Of a DNA stretch of 54,945 nucleotides, positions 38,515 to 48,131 are shown piece after piece; position 1 is the stretch's first letter, and every line of letters starts with the position of its first letter. The translations under genes were made by a program, and so were the position numbers. Source of the stretch: a virus (Duplodnaviria > Caudoviricetes). The notes under the pieces are model-generated. The model saw only the letters and a program-made list of their open reading frames with translations, did not search any database and was not told the origin of the DNA. The DNA lies in IMG/VR virus record IMGVR_UViG_3300047565_000115, positions 1 to 54,945 of that record. The stretch is one strand, 5' to 3'.

Positions 38515-38931
38515 ATGACGAATTCGGAACTTCTTGGAGTATTAAACTTTGCTACTGATATTGAGAACGCTCACTACGACAAAGAAAGTAAATACAACGC
38601 AGATAACCTTTTATTAGCTTGTTTAGCACGTAATCAAAGAATGTTGTCGGCGGTTTCAAAAGAAAGAGACGCAATAGACGAAGATATTAAAAATATCTTT
38701 AAGAAAGAAAACGACTTTGACGAAAAGAACCAAGATAAAGCGTATATAGACGATATTAACGCTAAGTACAGAGAGTTTAGAAAAGCACCCGAAAATGTTC
38801 AATCGCTTGTTGACTTCTTAAACAAAGAATCACATATTGAGTTGTACAAAATAAGATTAGATGTTGATACAATACAGTTTCCGAAAGGCGACCGAGATTT
38901 AATTGAGAAATATTTTATAATAACGGAATGA
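38515..38931 (+). CDS. Hypothetical helical protein
   Basis: Own promoter-like TAAATTTG at 38482-38489. Confidence 0.7.
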   Translation: MTNSELLGVLNFATDIENAHYDKESKYNADNLLLACLARNQRMLSAVSKERDAIDEDIKNIFKKENDFDEKNQDKAYIDDINAKYREFRKAPENVQSLVDFLNKESHIELYKIRLDVDTIQFPKGDRDLIEKYFIITE

Positions 38932-39377
38932 AAGACGACTTATTAAATATAGTCCTTTGGAAAGGATACGCTTTAGTTGGGTTAATGTTAGGTAATGTTT
39001 TCATATTTCCTAATCTAAGTTTAGAGTTGGGTGTATTAGGTAGTATCGGTCAATTTATGATGATATTATGTACCTACGTGTATTTAACAAAGAACAACAA
39101 AAAAAGAAATGTACCTCCATTGTTTTATATTGCTACGGCGGTATTAGCTTTCTTTTTAGCTTTATTCTTTTCAGAACCTATTCACGATTGGCTACACAAT
39201 AATTCAATATTTGGTTTTAAAATTAGACCTTCCACAACAGTTGTAGCATTAATTTGGGGAGCAATAAGTGAATATACTTATGAGTTTGTTGATTTGGTTA
39301 TTAATCAGACCAAGAAAATTGTTCCTATGTTTTTTAAATGGGCTTCTAATAGATTAGATAAGGATGAAAAAAATTGA
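38928..39377 (+). CDS. Multi-TM membrane protein (holin candidate)
   Basis: Four hydrophobic segments, charged C-terminus, near lysin. Confidence 0.6.
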   Translation: MKDDLLNIVLWKGYALVGLMLGNVFIFPNLSLELGVLGSIGQFMMILCTYVYLTKNNKKRNVPPLFYIATAVLAFFLALFFSEPIHDWLHNNSIFGFKIRPSTTVVALIWGAISEYTYEFVDLVINQTKKIVPMFFKWASNRLDKDEKN

Positions 39378-39615
39378 GCAACATAGTAGTTTTATAGGTC
39401 AGATTATACCACCATTGGTACTTATATTAGTCTTTGGTGCAGTTTTATTATGGCAATATAAGAATAGGGTTGAGAAATCAATTATCGTGGCTAAGGAACA
39501 AGTTTTGCAAGGTGTTGACCTAAGTAATGATAGTTCTGTTTTGGCTACTAATAAGCAGTTAAAAGCATTGAGTACTGATAAAGGATTAGATAGTTTGATT
39601 AACAATATAAAATAA
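39364..39615 (+). CDS. Single-TM membrane protein
   Basis: N-terminal TM helix. Confidence 0.65.
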   Translation: MKKIEQHSSFIGQIIPPLVLILVFGAVLLWQYKNRVEKSIIVAKEQVLQGVDLSNDSSVLATNKQLKALSTDKGLDSLINNIK

Positions 39616-39621
39616 AATATC

Positions 39622-39783
39622 ATGTGTGCAACGAGTGGTAAGATTGAAGTTAAGTTATACGTAACACCCGAAGAATTGATTGAGTTGGGTAAATTCTTGA
39701 AAAAGAAAAGTGGTGATATAGTGTTAAAAACACTTGATGACGATGGAGAAGATAGACCAAAGCAGAAACCACCTAACGAGTGA
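39622..39783 (+). CDS. 53-aa peptide (not in ORF track)
   Basis: MCATSGKIEVKLYVTPEEL..DDDGEDRPKQKPPNE; stop overlaps GTG of next gene. Confidence 0.6.
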   Translation: MCATSGKIEVKLYVTPEELIELGKFLKKKSGDIVLKTLDDDGEDRPKQKPPNE

Positions 39784-40169
39784 GATTTAGTAAAATAGCG
39801 ACAGTATTGTATCTTTGTTTAAAGTTAATCTTTAATCGAAGTTATGAAGGGCAAGAATGGCTTAACACATTGTATTATGTTGTTGAGCCACTTTGCTTTA
39901 CTTTAGTTCTTTTAGATTTATATACTTTGCACTTTATCTTTGAGACTGTTTTTTGGGTTGCTTTGTCGTCTTTTATTAGGCAATTGGCAATTTATTTAGG
40001 ATATTGGCAGTATAATTTTATTGGAAGAAAGTATTTTGTTGAATACTTCTTTTTGTTTGGAATAATAATAACCACATTACGACATGGAATTTATCGTATC
40101 AGGAAAAATACTAAGTTGGATAAGTTGCTTAATAATGTTGTATTGTGGCTTAGAACTTTTTCAAGATAA
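39780..40169 (+). CDS. Multi-TM membrane protein
   Basis: About four hydrophobic aromatic-rich helices; GTGA coupling. Confidence 0.65.
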   Translation: MRFSKIATVLYLCLKLIFNRSYEGQEWLNTLYYVVEPLCFTLVLLDLYTLHFIFETVFWVALSSFIRQLAIYLGYWQYNFIGRKYFVEYFFLFGIIITTLRHGIYRIRKNTKLDKLLNNVVLWLRTFSR

Positions 40170-40377
40170 CATAGCAGAGACAAAGTTGTTTATTGAGCAA
40201 CAAACGGCTACAATCAAAAGGAATAAAGAAATAATATTAGTCGTTATTTTGTTGATGGGTGCGGTTATTAACGGATGGAAGTTATACGAAAAGATTCTAA
40301 TGGACAAGGAAAAAAGAAGGGCATTAAGATTAGATAATGATTTAAAAGAAAAAGAACTTAAAAATGAAAATCCTTAG
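40084..40377 (+). CDS. Two-TM holin-like protein
   Basis: Two TMs plus charged C-terminal tail. Confidence 0.55.
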   Translation: MEFIVSGKILSWISCLIMLYCGLELFQDNIAETKLFIEQQTATIKRNKEIILVVILLMGAVINGWKLYEKILMDKEKRRALRLDNDLKEKELKNENP

Positions 40378-40792
40378 TTTAATATTCGGTAAAACAATAA
40401 AGTCCATTACTTCACGTATTGGAATACTTTTAGTTTTAGGTACTGCATGGTATTTGTATGATAAGTACACGGACGCGACACAGGGCTTTGAGCGTGTTAA
40501 AATAGAATTATCTAAGGTATCTACCGATAATAAAGAATTAATGGCTTACAACGGTCTTTTGATAGCTAAAAACGATTCTTTAAAATATGCTAAGAGTGTA
40601 GATAGTACGAATTTCCTAATAAGAGAAAAAGGTTATCAGTCTATTATATCACAACAACAAAAGAAAATAAAAGAATTAGATAATACAATCAATCACTTTC
40701 TTGAAATTGCACCATGCAAAAGAGAGGTAGAGGTAAAAGATGGAAACCCTTTCAAGAAGAATAAGAAAGAGTGGATATTGGTCGATTGTTGA
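40364..40792 (+). CDS. Spanin-like protein (TM + coiled coil)
   Basis: N-terminal TM, coiled coil, two C-terminal Cys; last gene of lysis cassette. Confidence 0.5.
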   Translation: MKILSLIFGKTIKSITSRIGILLVLGTAWYLYDKYTDATQGFERVKIELSKVSTDNKELMAYNGLLIAKNDSLKYAKSVDSTNFLIREKGYQSIISQQQKKIKELDNTINHFLEIAPCKREVEVKDGNPFKKNKKEWILVDC

Positions 40793-40841
40793 AAGAATCT
40801 ACGGAGGTAATTCTCCATATTTAATTGTTTAATGCAAACAG

Positions 40842-40876
40842 AATAGCCTTTTCCTTTGGATTAGGTTATTTTTTTT
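40842..40876 (+). terminator. Terminator ending late operon
   Basis: AATAGCCT..AGGTTATT + T-tract. Confidence 0.55.
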
Positions 40877-40925
40877 ATATATTTGTGTCGCAATATTGCA
40901 TAAAACCATTGAAAAATAAAGAATA

Positions 40926-41126
40926 ATGGTCGTTTACTACAATAAGAAAGATTTAGTGTCTTTCGGAAACTACTTACTTAGCCCACATCGTAGGGCGTTA
41001 TTTGCTTCACATCCAGATTTAGGAGAAAAAAACTTAGAAGAGCGACTTTCGCAAGTTAATCATTCTGATATAGAGAATTGGAAATACACTTTAGACCAAT
41101 TAAAACATACTAAACATGAAGACTAA
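40926..41126 (+). CDS. Hypothetical phage protein
   Basis: YNKKDLVSFGNYLLS..VNHSDIENW; TATATTTG promoter element upstream. Confidence 0.7.
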   Translation: MVVYYNKKDLVSFGNYLLSPHRRALFASHPDLGEKNLEERLSQVNHSDIENWKYTLDQLKHTKHED

Positions 41127-41279
41127 TAAGGTTAGAAAGTGTAGGGTATGTAACTCTGAAAAGAAAGTATTTTCTTTAAAAAAAAATGTTCTACGGGTTT
41201 AAAAATGAAATATATGTAGGGGCGTATTTTGAAATTATTTATTATTGTGACAATCATTTGCCTAAATCAAATAAATAAA

Positions 41280-41513
41280 ATGGAAAAACCAAGTGTAGAC
41301 TTATCGGATTTTTTGACCAACACTTTTGAGGTGGGTCAGTTTATTAAATTAAGGACGTGGACAACTCATAGATTGAAAATAATTGACAAAGGCTCAATAT
41401 ATTTCATTATTGAACACGAAGATAGAACGTTGGGTTGGCGTGAAATTGATTGTGATTGGATATTGTCAGGAAATCAAGAAGATTGGGGAACAGAAATATC
41501 TTTTATGGATTAA
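41280..41513 (+). CDS. Hypothetical protein
   Basis: ATG at 41280 (MEKPS) after A-rich tract preferred over TTG 41229. Confidence 0.55.
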   Translation: MEKPSVDLSDFLTNTFEVGQFIKLRTWTTHRLKIIDKGSIYFIIEHEDRTLGWREIDCDWILSGNQEDWGTEISFMD

Positions 41514-41544
41514 AATATAACATTTTGACTATTTGTTGATTACT

Positions 41545-41574
41545 AACCACGACTTATTTTAGGTTGTGGTTTTT
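41545..41574 (+). terminator. Intrinsic terminator
   Basis: AACCACGACTT..AGGTTGTGGTT + T-tract. Confidence 0.75.
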
Positions 41575-41599
41575 ATTTTGTAAAGTTTTTAATAAAATG

Positions 41600-41630
41600 T
41601 TTGTTTATAACATTTAAATAGTTACATTTG
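41600..41630 (+). promoter_or_regulatory. Bacteroidota promoter with TAAC-N9-GTTA repeat
   Basis: TTTG 41600-41603, 19 nt, TACATTTG 41623-41630. Confidence 0.75.
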
Positions 41631-41652
41631 CATAAGAAAACAATTAAATAAG

Positions 41653-42069
41653 ATGAAAACATTTAGAACTTTTAACATAAAAGATACGGCCTTTTACTGT
41701 AAACGAGGCAGTATAAACTACAAAAGTGGTTCAGTCAAAGAAATAAAACATAACGAATTAATATTTTCATTTGATGGAGCAGGTAGTAATTATGCAACAG
41801 TTGTGGGTGATTCCTTGGATAAAACAATAGCAATACATGAACATAGAAACTATAAAGAATATGATGTTATTATTTTTTCTTTAGAATCAGAAGCGATAAG
41901 ATATTGTAAGACAAATTTATTAAAAGAACTTAGAGATAAGATAGATAAGGCTAAAAAGTTTATCCAAGACGTTATAGACTTTAGGCTTGAAAATATTGAG
42001 CATTTGAATAATCAGTGGATAGAATGTGAAATATTTAAACTTCAAAAACAAGAAAAGGAAGTATTATGA
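41653..42069 (+). CDS. Hypothetical protein
   Basis: First ORF after promoter. Confidence 0.7.
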   Translation: MKTFRTFNIKDTAFYCKRGSINYKSGSVKEIKHNELIFSFDGAGSNYATVVGDSLDKTIAIHEHRNYKEYDVIIFSLESEAIRYCKTNLLKELRDKIDKAKKFIQDVIDFRLENIEHLNNQWIECEIFKLQKQEKEVL

Positions 42070-42386
42070 CAAATCAAGAACTACAAATCTGCGTTAATGG
42101 CATCCTTTTCGCATTAGAAGAAAATTTATGGAACTACGAGTTAACGGTAAACTACTACGATAAGATTACGATTACCCATCCCGAAATAAGTAATATTACT
42201 TTGCCAAGTGAAGACGTAAGTAGTATAACTAAGCCACGAGACTTGGCTAAGGTTATTTGGGGTTTAGTTGACCAAATTATTCAAAACGGTGACGAGTGGT
42301 TGGAGCAAGAAAAAGATTATTGGGTAAATTTAAAAGAAAATCAACAAGAAAATAATTGGGAATCAAAACGAGATTATAAAGATTAA
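42066..42386 (+). CDS. Hypothetical acidic protein
   Basis: ATGA-coupled. Confidence 0.7.
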   Translation: MTNQELQICVNGILFALEENLWNYELTVNYYDKITITHPEISNITLPSEDVSSITKPRDLAKVIWGLVDQIIQNGDEWLEQEKDYWVNLKENQQENNWESKRDYKD

Positions 42387-42391
42387 ATAAA

Positions 42392-42646
42392 ATGAAAGTA
42401 ATATTTAATACCAATATTGATAAGTATAAAACAAATTGTTTTCCTACAAACTTAGAAATTCCACCAAGAATAGGTGAAACTGTTTTAGTGACAGAAGTTT
42501 TTAGTGACTTTTATAATAAACAAGGATTACCACTAAGAATGCAAGTTGTTGATGTGAATTGGATTAATAAAGGAGTTATTTGTGAATTATGGTATAAAGA
42601 AATAGATGTGGAATCTTGTAAGTTAAAAGGTATTGAACTTTTTTAA
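42392..42646 (+). CDS. Hypothetical protein
   Basis: PPRIGETV..VVDVNW pattern. Confidence 0.7.
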   Translation: MKVIFNTNIDKYKTNCFPTNLEIPPRIGETVLVTEVFSDFYNKQGLPLRMQVVDVNWINKGVICELWYKEIDVESCKLKGIELF

Positions 42647-42818
42647 AATTAATTAAAACTATGAAACAACAAGAAATACACGCTGGTAGAATATTGATAC
42701 TTTTAATAGTAGCATATTTCTTTGAAGAAAGATTCCCTTTTATTGCTTTGTTTTTATCTACAATAGCAATAGTAATAACTTTTGTAAAAATTAATAATAC
42801 AATTAAACAAGAAAACAA

Positions 42819-43229
42819 ATGAAAGATTTTAAAGTAGGGGATAAGGTAATTGTTGTTAAAACAGATTATCCACAAAACGTACCAATAGGAACTAAGGGAG
42901 TAGTTTCTTCATTAGCTGGTAATTTCCCACGAATTAAAGTTGGTTGTAATTATGAATGGATTTTTAGTCCTAAAGAACTTGAATTAATATACTCCGAATC
43001 TACCACCAAGAAAATAAAACAATCACTTCTAAGGCTTTATTTATCTGATACTAATAAAACTATCAAGTCAGAAAAGATAATCGACTACGTTAAACAAGAG
43101 ATAGGCACAGAGTATATATTTGGTGATACAATCCTAAGGGCGTTAAGGCAATTGAGACAAGATGGCAAATTAGATTACATTATTGATGGAGCAAAGCAAG
43201 ATAGAAACTATAAATTTAAGGCGGTATGA
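42819..43229 (+). CDS. SH3/KOW-like + wHTH-like protein
   Basis: FKVGDKVIV..IGTKGVV; DTILRALRQLRQDGKLDY. Confidence 0.6.
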   Translation: MKDFKVGDKVIVVKTDYPQNVPIGTKGVVSSLAGNFPRIKVGCNYEWIFSPKELELIYSESTTKKIKQSLLRLYLSDTNKTIKSEKIIDYVKQEIGTEYIFGDTILRALRQLRQDGKLDYIIDGAKQDRNYKFKAV

Positions 43230-43549
43230 AAACAAAACAATTTAGGTTGCTATTCCTTGCAGTTCTTAGCCAATGTTTTATTGATAATATTGAAGATGGA
43301 ATCGGTGAATTTAAAAAAGCAGATAAGAATTTCGCCAAAACGTTTTCTAATAGGCTTATGTCGATAATGAACAAGGATTTTGGAAGTTCAATAGCCGTTC
43401 ATCAACTTGTTGATTTGACTATATGGATTGAAGATATGTTTTACATTATGACACAAATGGGAGAACTTGACGATGAAAAGACAAGGGAGATTCAAGATGA
43501 TTGGGAAAAGTTTTTAAGTGTTCATGAATTAAAAACATTGAAAAGATAA
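43226..43549 (+). CDS. Hypothetical protein
   Basis: ATGA-coupled. Confidence 0.65.
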   Translation: MKTKQFRLLFLAVLSQCFIDNIEDGIGEFKKADKNFAKTFSNRLMSIMNKDFGSSIAVHQLVDLTIWIEDMFYIMTQMGELDDEKTREIQDDWEKFLSVHELKTLKR

Positions 43550-43722
43550 TGTATATAACCAAATGCACAAATTCAACGTGTGACGTACGAAATAATTGTT
43601 TTCGATGGATTCACCACCAAGTAAATTAAATCAATTATATCAAGCGTTTGAGTCATTAAATGGTAAGTGTGAATACTTTAAAGTAATCCCAGAAAGGTTC
43701 GTAGGGAAGAAACGATTAGAGA

Positions 43723-43938
43723 ATGTGTAATAAACATAAATATCAATCCAAACGTGAGGCTAATATTCAACTAAAGAGTATTAAAACAACCTCCAAGCGT
43801 GACAAAGTGCCACAACGTAGCTACTTTTGCGTTGAGTGTGATTGTTATCATATCACCGCAACAAAGGAAGAAAGAAGCGAGAGTGTAGAGTTTAGAAGTA
43901 CAAAAGAAGGAAGATTAAGAAAATTTAAGTTGAAATGA
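43723..43938 (+). CDS. Small Zn-binding protein
   Basis: CNKHKY..RSYFCVECDCYHIT. Confidence 0.7.
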   Translation: MCNKHKYQSKREANIQLKSIKTTSKRDKVPQRSYFCVECDCYHITATKEERSESVEFRSTKEGRLRKFKLK

Positions 43939-44345
43939 AATCTAAAGAAGTAATTCAGTACGAATGTGATTTTTGCAGTAAAAAACTATTGCATAAGGGA
44001 TATATGAAAAGACACGAAAATGAGTGTAATTCTAATCCGCAAAATAAAAGACCTTGTTACGATTGTGTGAATCTTGGAAGAAAAGAAATTGAATATGATA
44101 CTGGTATTACAAATTATCAAGATGGAAAGTCTATATTTAGAGAGGTAGAAACTTTTTATTGCAAGGTAAAAGATATGCTTTTAATTTCTCCAAAAGTAAG
44201 GGCTGTAAATAGCAGAAAAAAAAGTAATATCGAGTTTGTTTATATTGGAGACAAGGAGGTGCAACAATTTGACATGCCAAAAGAATGTAAAGAACAAAAG
44301 GAGTTAAGTCGTTCAATAAGTGACCCTTTTGAATGGGAGATATAA
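43935..44345 (+). CDS. Zn-finger protein
   Basis: YECDFCSKK..MKRHENEC..PCYDC. Confidence 0.7.
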   Translation: MKSKEVIQYECDFCSKKLLHKGYMKRHENECNSNPQNKRPCYDCVNLGRKEIEYDTGITNYQDGKSIFREVETFYCKVKDMLLISPKVRAVNSRKKSNIEFVYIGDKEVQQFDMPKECKEQKELSRSISDPFEWEI

Positions 44346-44518
44346 TGAAACCATGCCGACATTGCACTTCCACAACCAACGGATACTACACCGATAAGTC
44401 ACGAACGTGTCGAAGGTGTACCGATGCTAAACTAACGGAGAAGAACCGCGACAAGGCTTTATCTTTAGGCTTTGCAAACTTTTATCAGTATTTGAAATTT
44501 AAACATTATTTCGTATGA
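44345..44518 (+). CDS. Small CxxC..CxxC protein
   Basis: MKPCRHC..CRRC; TAATG coupling at 44345. Confidence 0.6.
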   Translation: MKPCRHCTSTTNGYYTDKSRTCRRCTDAKLTEKNRDKALSLGFANFYQYLKFKHYFV

Positions 44519-44730
44519 AAAAGATACTACTTTTGCTAACGCTAATTTCTTGTGAAAAAGAAAGCGTTGTTAAGTGCTACACTTGTAGCCAAAATGTAAT
44601 GGTTAACTACAACGACACTTTTAGAAAGTTTAGAGAGTGTGGAACGTCTGCAATTGAGATTGAAGGGTTTCACAATAAACCTGAAAGGAATGGTAGTAGC
44701 GTAAGGACAAAATGTTATTTGGAAAAATAA
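44515..44730 (+). CDS. Small Cys-rich lipoprotein
   Basis: MKKILLLLTLISC lipobox; CYTC..C..C. Confidence 0.7.
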   Translation: MKKILLLLTLISCEKESVVKCYTCSQNVMVNYNDTFRKFRECGTSAIEIEGFHNKPERNGSSVRTKCYLEK

Positions 44731-44778
44731 AGTTGTGAAAAGTTTTTGATTGTAAATTATTTTACGTAATATTGTGTT

Positions 44779-44937
44779 ATGAAAGCAACAGAAAAAGTGC
44801 TTATGAAAATTTCAAGTGGGAAATCTACTAAAGTTGAAGTAGCAGAAACACTTGGAATATCAAGACCAACATTAGACAAAAGGATAACTAATGGAAGTTG
44901 GAAAAAAGGTGAACTTAAAATTATAGAATCACTATGA
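44779..44937 (+). CDS. Cro-like HTH protein (52 aa, not in ORF track)
   Basis: TKVEVAETLGISRPTLDKRI; heads replication operon. Confidence 0.8.
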   Translation: MKATEKVLMKISSGKSTKVEVAETLGISRPTLDKRITNGSWKKGELKIIESL

Positions 44938-44972
44938 TTTTTTTTCTTTAAAATTGTAAAAAAATTGACATT

Positions 44973-45305
44973 ATGGCTTTTATTGGAGAAAAAGATGGTA
45001 AGTATAAAGTGTATTTATTATACAATAATGATGAACCAATTTATATAGGAATGACATCGAATATTTATAGCAGAATTGTTTGTCACAAGTGTACAAGGAA
45101 GTTTACTCATTACGCCATACTTGCCTCATTTAAAAATAAACAAGACGCTTTGTTTACAGAAAGGACGTTGATAAAGTTTATTTCATTTTGTGATTTAAGT
45201 TTTGAAAATGGCAAATATGTAAATTACAAACCACGAAAGGTTTCAATTGAAGAACATGGTATAGATTATATAAGGAAAATTAAAGAACAAAATGGCAAGA
45301 AGTGA
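44973..45305 (+). CDS. GIY-YIG nuclease-family protein
   Basis: KVYLL..IYIGMTSNIYSRIVCH..ALFTERTLI. Confidence 0.8.
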   Translation: MAFIGEKDGKYKVYLLYNNDEPIYIGMTSNIYSRIVCHKCTRKFTHYAILASFKNKQDALFTERTLIKFISFCDLSFENGKYVNYKPRKVSIEEHGIDYIRKIKEQNGKK

Positions 45306-46227
45306 ATTAAATACAGTATCTTATTTTCCTTTGTATTGCGATGAAGGTCAAAAAATGTTTTACATTGAGGAAACTTATGGTAATGATGGTTTTTCTACTT
45401 TTATAAAGATATTAAGAGAATTAGCAAAAACAGAATATCATTATTTGGACTTATCAAAACCAACGTCTTTAATGTTTCTATCTGCTAAATGTAAAGTAGG
45501 TAAAGACTTGCTAAATGCTATAATTACAGACCTTGTAGAACTTGGTAAATTCGATAAAGAATTATGGGAATCAGCAAAAATAATCTGGTGTCAAGACTTT
45601 ATAAATAGTATTCAAGATGCCTATAAAAAGAGAAATAACAACTGTATAAACAGAAGTTCATTACTTGAACTTTTATACTCAAAAAGTATACTTATTCGAC
45701 CAAAAAGTAACCCTAAACAATCAAAAGTTATAAGTGAAGGTGTCGATAATCCACAAATAAAAGAAGAGTATATAAAAGAAGAAGAAAACAAAGAATATAT
45801 TTTTGAATCTCTATGGAAAGATTACCCAAATAAAGACAATAAGAAAAAAGCTAAAGAAAAGTTTTTAAAGTTAGATGATAAAGACATTGAATTAGTTAAA
45901 ATACATTTGCCAATGTTTTCTATTACTAAAAAGTTTGCAACTTATAATCATCCTCAACTTGTGGTTTATTTAAATCAAGAAAGGTATAAAGATGAAGTTA
46001 ATAGTGGAGGTATTCAATCCGAAAGAAAACTATTAAGGCTTCCGCAAGAGTATGAAAACTATATGGGTATGGAACTTGGATTATTGTTATCAAGAATAAA
46101 GATACAAAGAGGGATTGAGTATATGCCTGATATAACAAAAGAGCAATACAACTCTTTACCGAGAGATTCTTTCAATATGTACGATTCATTAATAAAAAGC
46201 AACAACTGTAAAATAATAGAAGAGTAA
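45292..46227 (+). CDS. Replication initiator (DUF4373/Lin1244-like N-terminus)
   Basis: YFPL..IEETYGNDGF..ILREL; FESLWKDYPNKDNKKKA..YLNQERYKDE C-terminal domain. Confidence 0.8.
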   Translation: MARSELNTVSYFPLYCDEGQKMFYIEETYGNDGFSTFIKILRELAKTEYHYLDLSKPTSLMFLSAKCKVGKDLLNAIITDLVELGKFDKELWESAKIIWCQDFINSIQDAYKKRNNNCINRSSLLELLYSKSILIRPKSNPKQSKVISEGVDNPQIKEEYIKEEENKEYIFESLWKDYPNKDNKKKAKEKFLKLDDKDIELVKIHLPMFSITKKFATYNHPQLVVYLNQERYKDEVNSGGIQSERKLLRLPQEYENYMGMELGLLLSRIKIQRGIEYMPDITKEQYNSLPRDSFNMYDSLIKSNNCKIIEE

Positions 46228-47894
46228 TGGTCACGATAAACGAAAGAGTGGTATATGAAAGGGGAGAAGAACCTAAATTGTCGTACCATGAAATTGACGA
46301 TGTTTTAAACGGTATTAAAAACCCAAAGGAAAAAGATTTAATTTTAAAAATACGTTCTTTAGAGTCAAAATCAGAACGTGACGAGTTGAAAAAAAATCTT
46401 AGGGGTATAATGTTTTCGGGTGTTTTTTGGGGAAGAAATGACGCTGATTGTGTAGAACATAGTGGATTTATTTGTTTAGACTTTGACAAGTTAGGAGAGA
46501 AATTAGAAACCTATAAAGATAAGATAAAAACTTCTGAATATACTTATTCTGTATTTGATAGCCCAAGTGGAAATGGATTAAAAATAATTGTTAAGATTCC
46601 CCCTTCGTTAGATGAACATACTGATTATTTTTATGGGTTAGAGGATTATTATGATTCAGAGTTTTTTGATAAAACTTCAAGAAATTTATCAAGAATCTGC
46701 TTTATATCATACGACCCAAACATTTACATAAACAAAGATTCTAAGGTTTTTGATAGAAAAAGAAAACAGAAGGAGGTTATTTATACTACAAATGAAACTA
46801 TAAATAAACTTTTAAAATGGTGGAACGAGAAATATGGTTTAGTAAGTGGTAATAGAAATAATAATTGTTTTGTTTTAGCAAGTGCATTTAATCGTTACGG
46901 CATAGTTAAAGAACTTGCTATGGATACGATGCTAAAGTTTGAACAAAAAGACTTTAGAGCGTATGAGATAAAGGGGACAGTAAATAGTGCATACCAAAAG
47001 AAAGATTTATTTGGAACGCAACACTTTAGCAATTTAAACGAAAACGATGCTATTGATGTAAGTTTTATACTTACTGGTCAAAGAATGGATATGTCAGATA
47101 TGTTTGCAAAGACATTTATTGATATTGACAAACCAATAGCACAGCCACCAGTTTTAGTAAGTATAGGTAGTCACTTTTATAAAGGTAACTCATTTCCTAC
47201 AAGAATGGCAACAGAGGGTAACATATCAGTAATTATGGGCGAATCAAAGTCAAAGAAAACATTTTTTAAGTCTTTAGTTACTGCATCGTATATCGGTGGT
47301 GACACTTACAAGTATTCAGGTGATATGGTAGGTCACAGAGAGAATGACAAGTACGTGATTGACATAGACACGGAACAATCTGAATTTGATGCACAGAGGG
47401 TATTTAAAAGAGTTCAAGATTTAGTAGGTGCAAGCGTTAGCGATTTTTATAAACCATTTTCAATGCGTGGTTTTGATGGGCATGAAATAATAATGTTTAT
47501 TGACTATCTACTTTATGAAAGTGAATTTAAGAATAATGTTGGGTGGTTGTCAATAGATGGTATAGCAGATTTAATTGACGATGCTAACGATATTAAACAA
47601 AGTAAGCAAGTGGTTACCAAAGTTATGAAATGGACAAAAGAGCAAAAGTGTCACGTCAATACAATTATTCATACAAATGCAGGTTCTGAAAAGCCGACTG
47701 GCCATTTAGGTAGTTTTTTATTAAAAAAGGCTGAAACAATATGCAGTCTTAAAAAAGACGATGAAATGACAATAGCGTCTTTCCCTTACACAAGAGGGCA
47801 TTCTATAAAGTCATTCCCTTATTATGTTGATAATGATTGGATGCCAGTAGTAGTTGGAAGTAAAAAAGACAGTAACAATAAAATAAATTTTTAA
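46227..47894 (+). CDS. Primase-helicase fusion (BT4734/VirE-N + PriCT + AAA)
   Basis: HSGFICLDFD, SPSGNGLK, SRICFISYDP; GNRNN; GESKSKKT, IDTEQ, IDGIADL, GHLGS. Confidence 0.85.
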   Translation: MVTINERVVYERGEEPKLSYHEIDDVLNGIKNPKEKDLILKIRSLESKSERDELKKNLRGIMFSGVFWGRNDADCVEHSGFICLDFDKLGEKLETYKDKIKTSEYTYSVFDSPSGNGLKIIVKIPPSLDEHTDYFYGLEDYYDSEFFDKTSRNLSRICFISYDPNIYINKDSKVFDRKRKQKEVIYTTNETINKLLKWWNEKYGLVSGNRNNNCFVLASAFNRYGIVKELAMDTMLKFEQKDFRAYEIKGTVNSAYQKKDLFGTQHFSNLNENDAIDVSFILTGQRMDMSDMFAKTFIDIDKPIAQPPVLVSIGSHFYKGNSFPTRMATEGNISVIMGESKSKKTFFKSLVTASYIGGDTYKYSGDMVGHRENDKYVIDIDTEQSEFDAQRVFKRVQDLVGASVSDFYKPFSMRGFDGHEIIMFIDYLLYESEFKNNVGWLSIDGIADLIDDANDIKQSKQVVTKVMKWTKEQKCHVNTIIHTNAGSEKPTGHLGSFLLKKAETICSLKKDDEMTIASFPYTRGHSIKSFPYYVDNDWMPVVVGSKKDSNNKINF

Positions 47895-47898
47895 AATT

Positions 47899-48123
47899 AT
47901 GGTAGAAATAAATGGAACGTACTATGCAAAAAGTACAATTATGAAAATTAGTGAAATATTCAAAAATAAAGATAGTTTTTATTTTGAGGTTATAATTAGT
48001 ACCCCTTACGACCCATTGTCAAATTATAAAACGGAAAAAATACGTTCAGGCGGAGATAACACAGGAGTAAGTGAATATGTACTAAATTTAAAATATAGTA
48101 GCATTTTGAAAGAATTAAAATAA
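47899..48123 (+). CDS. Hypothetical protein
   Basis: ORF in operon. Confidence 0.6.
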   Translation: MVEINGTYYAKSTIMKISEIFKNKDSFYFEVIISTPYDPLSNYKTEKIRSGGDNTGVSEYVLNLKYSSILKELK

Positions 48124-48131
48124 ATAAAATC

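Noticed and set aside
47236-47262. Degenerate Walker A (GESKSKKT) suggesting an inactive helicase
   Set aside because: GxxKSxKT-type variants are, to my knowledge, usual in this Bacteroidota AAA family, and downstream motifs are intact
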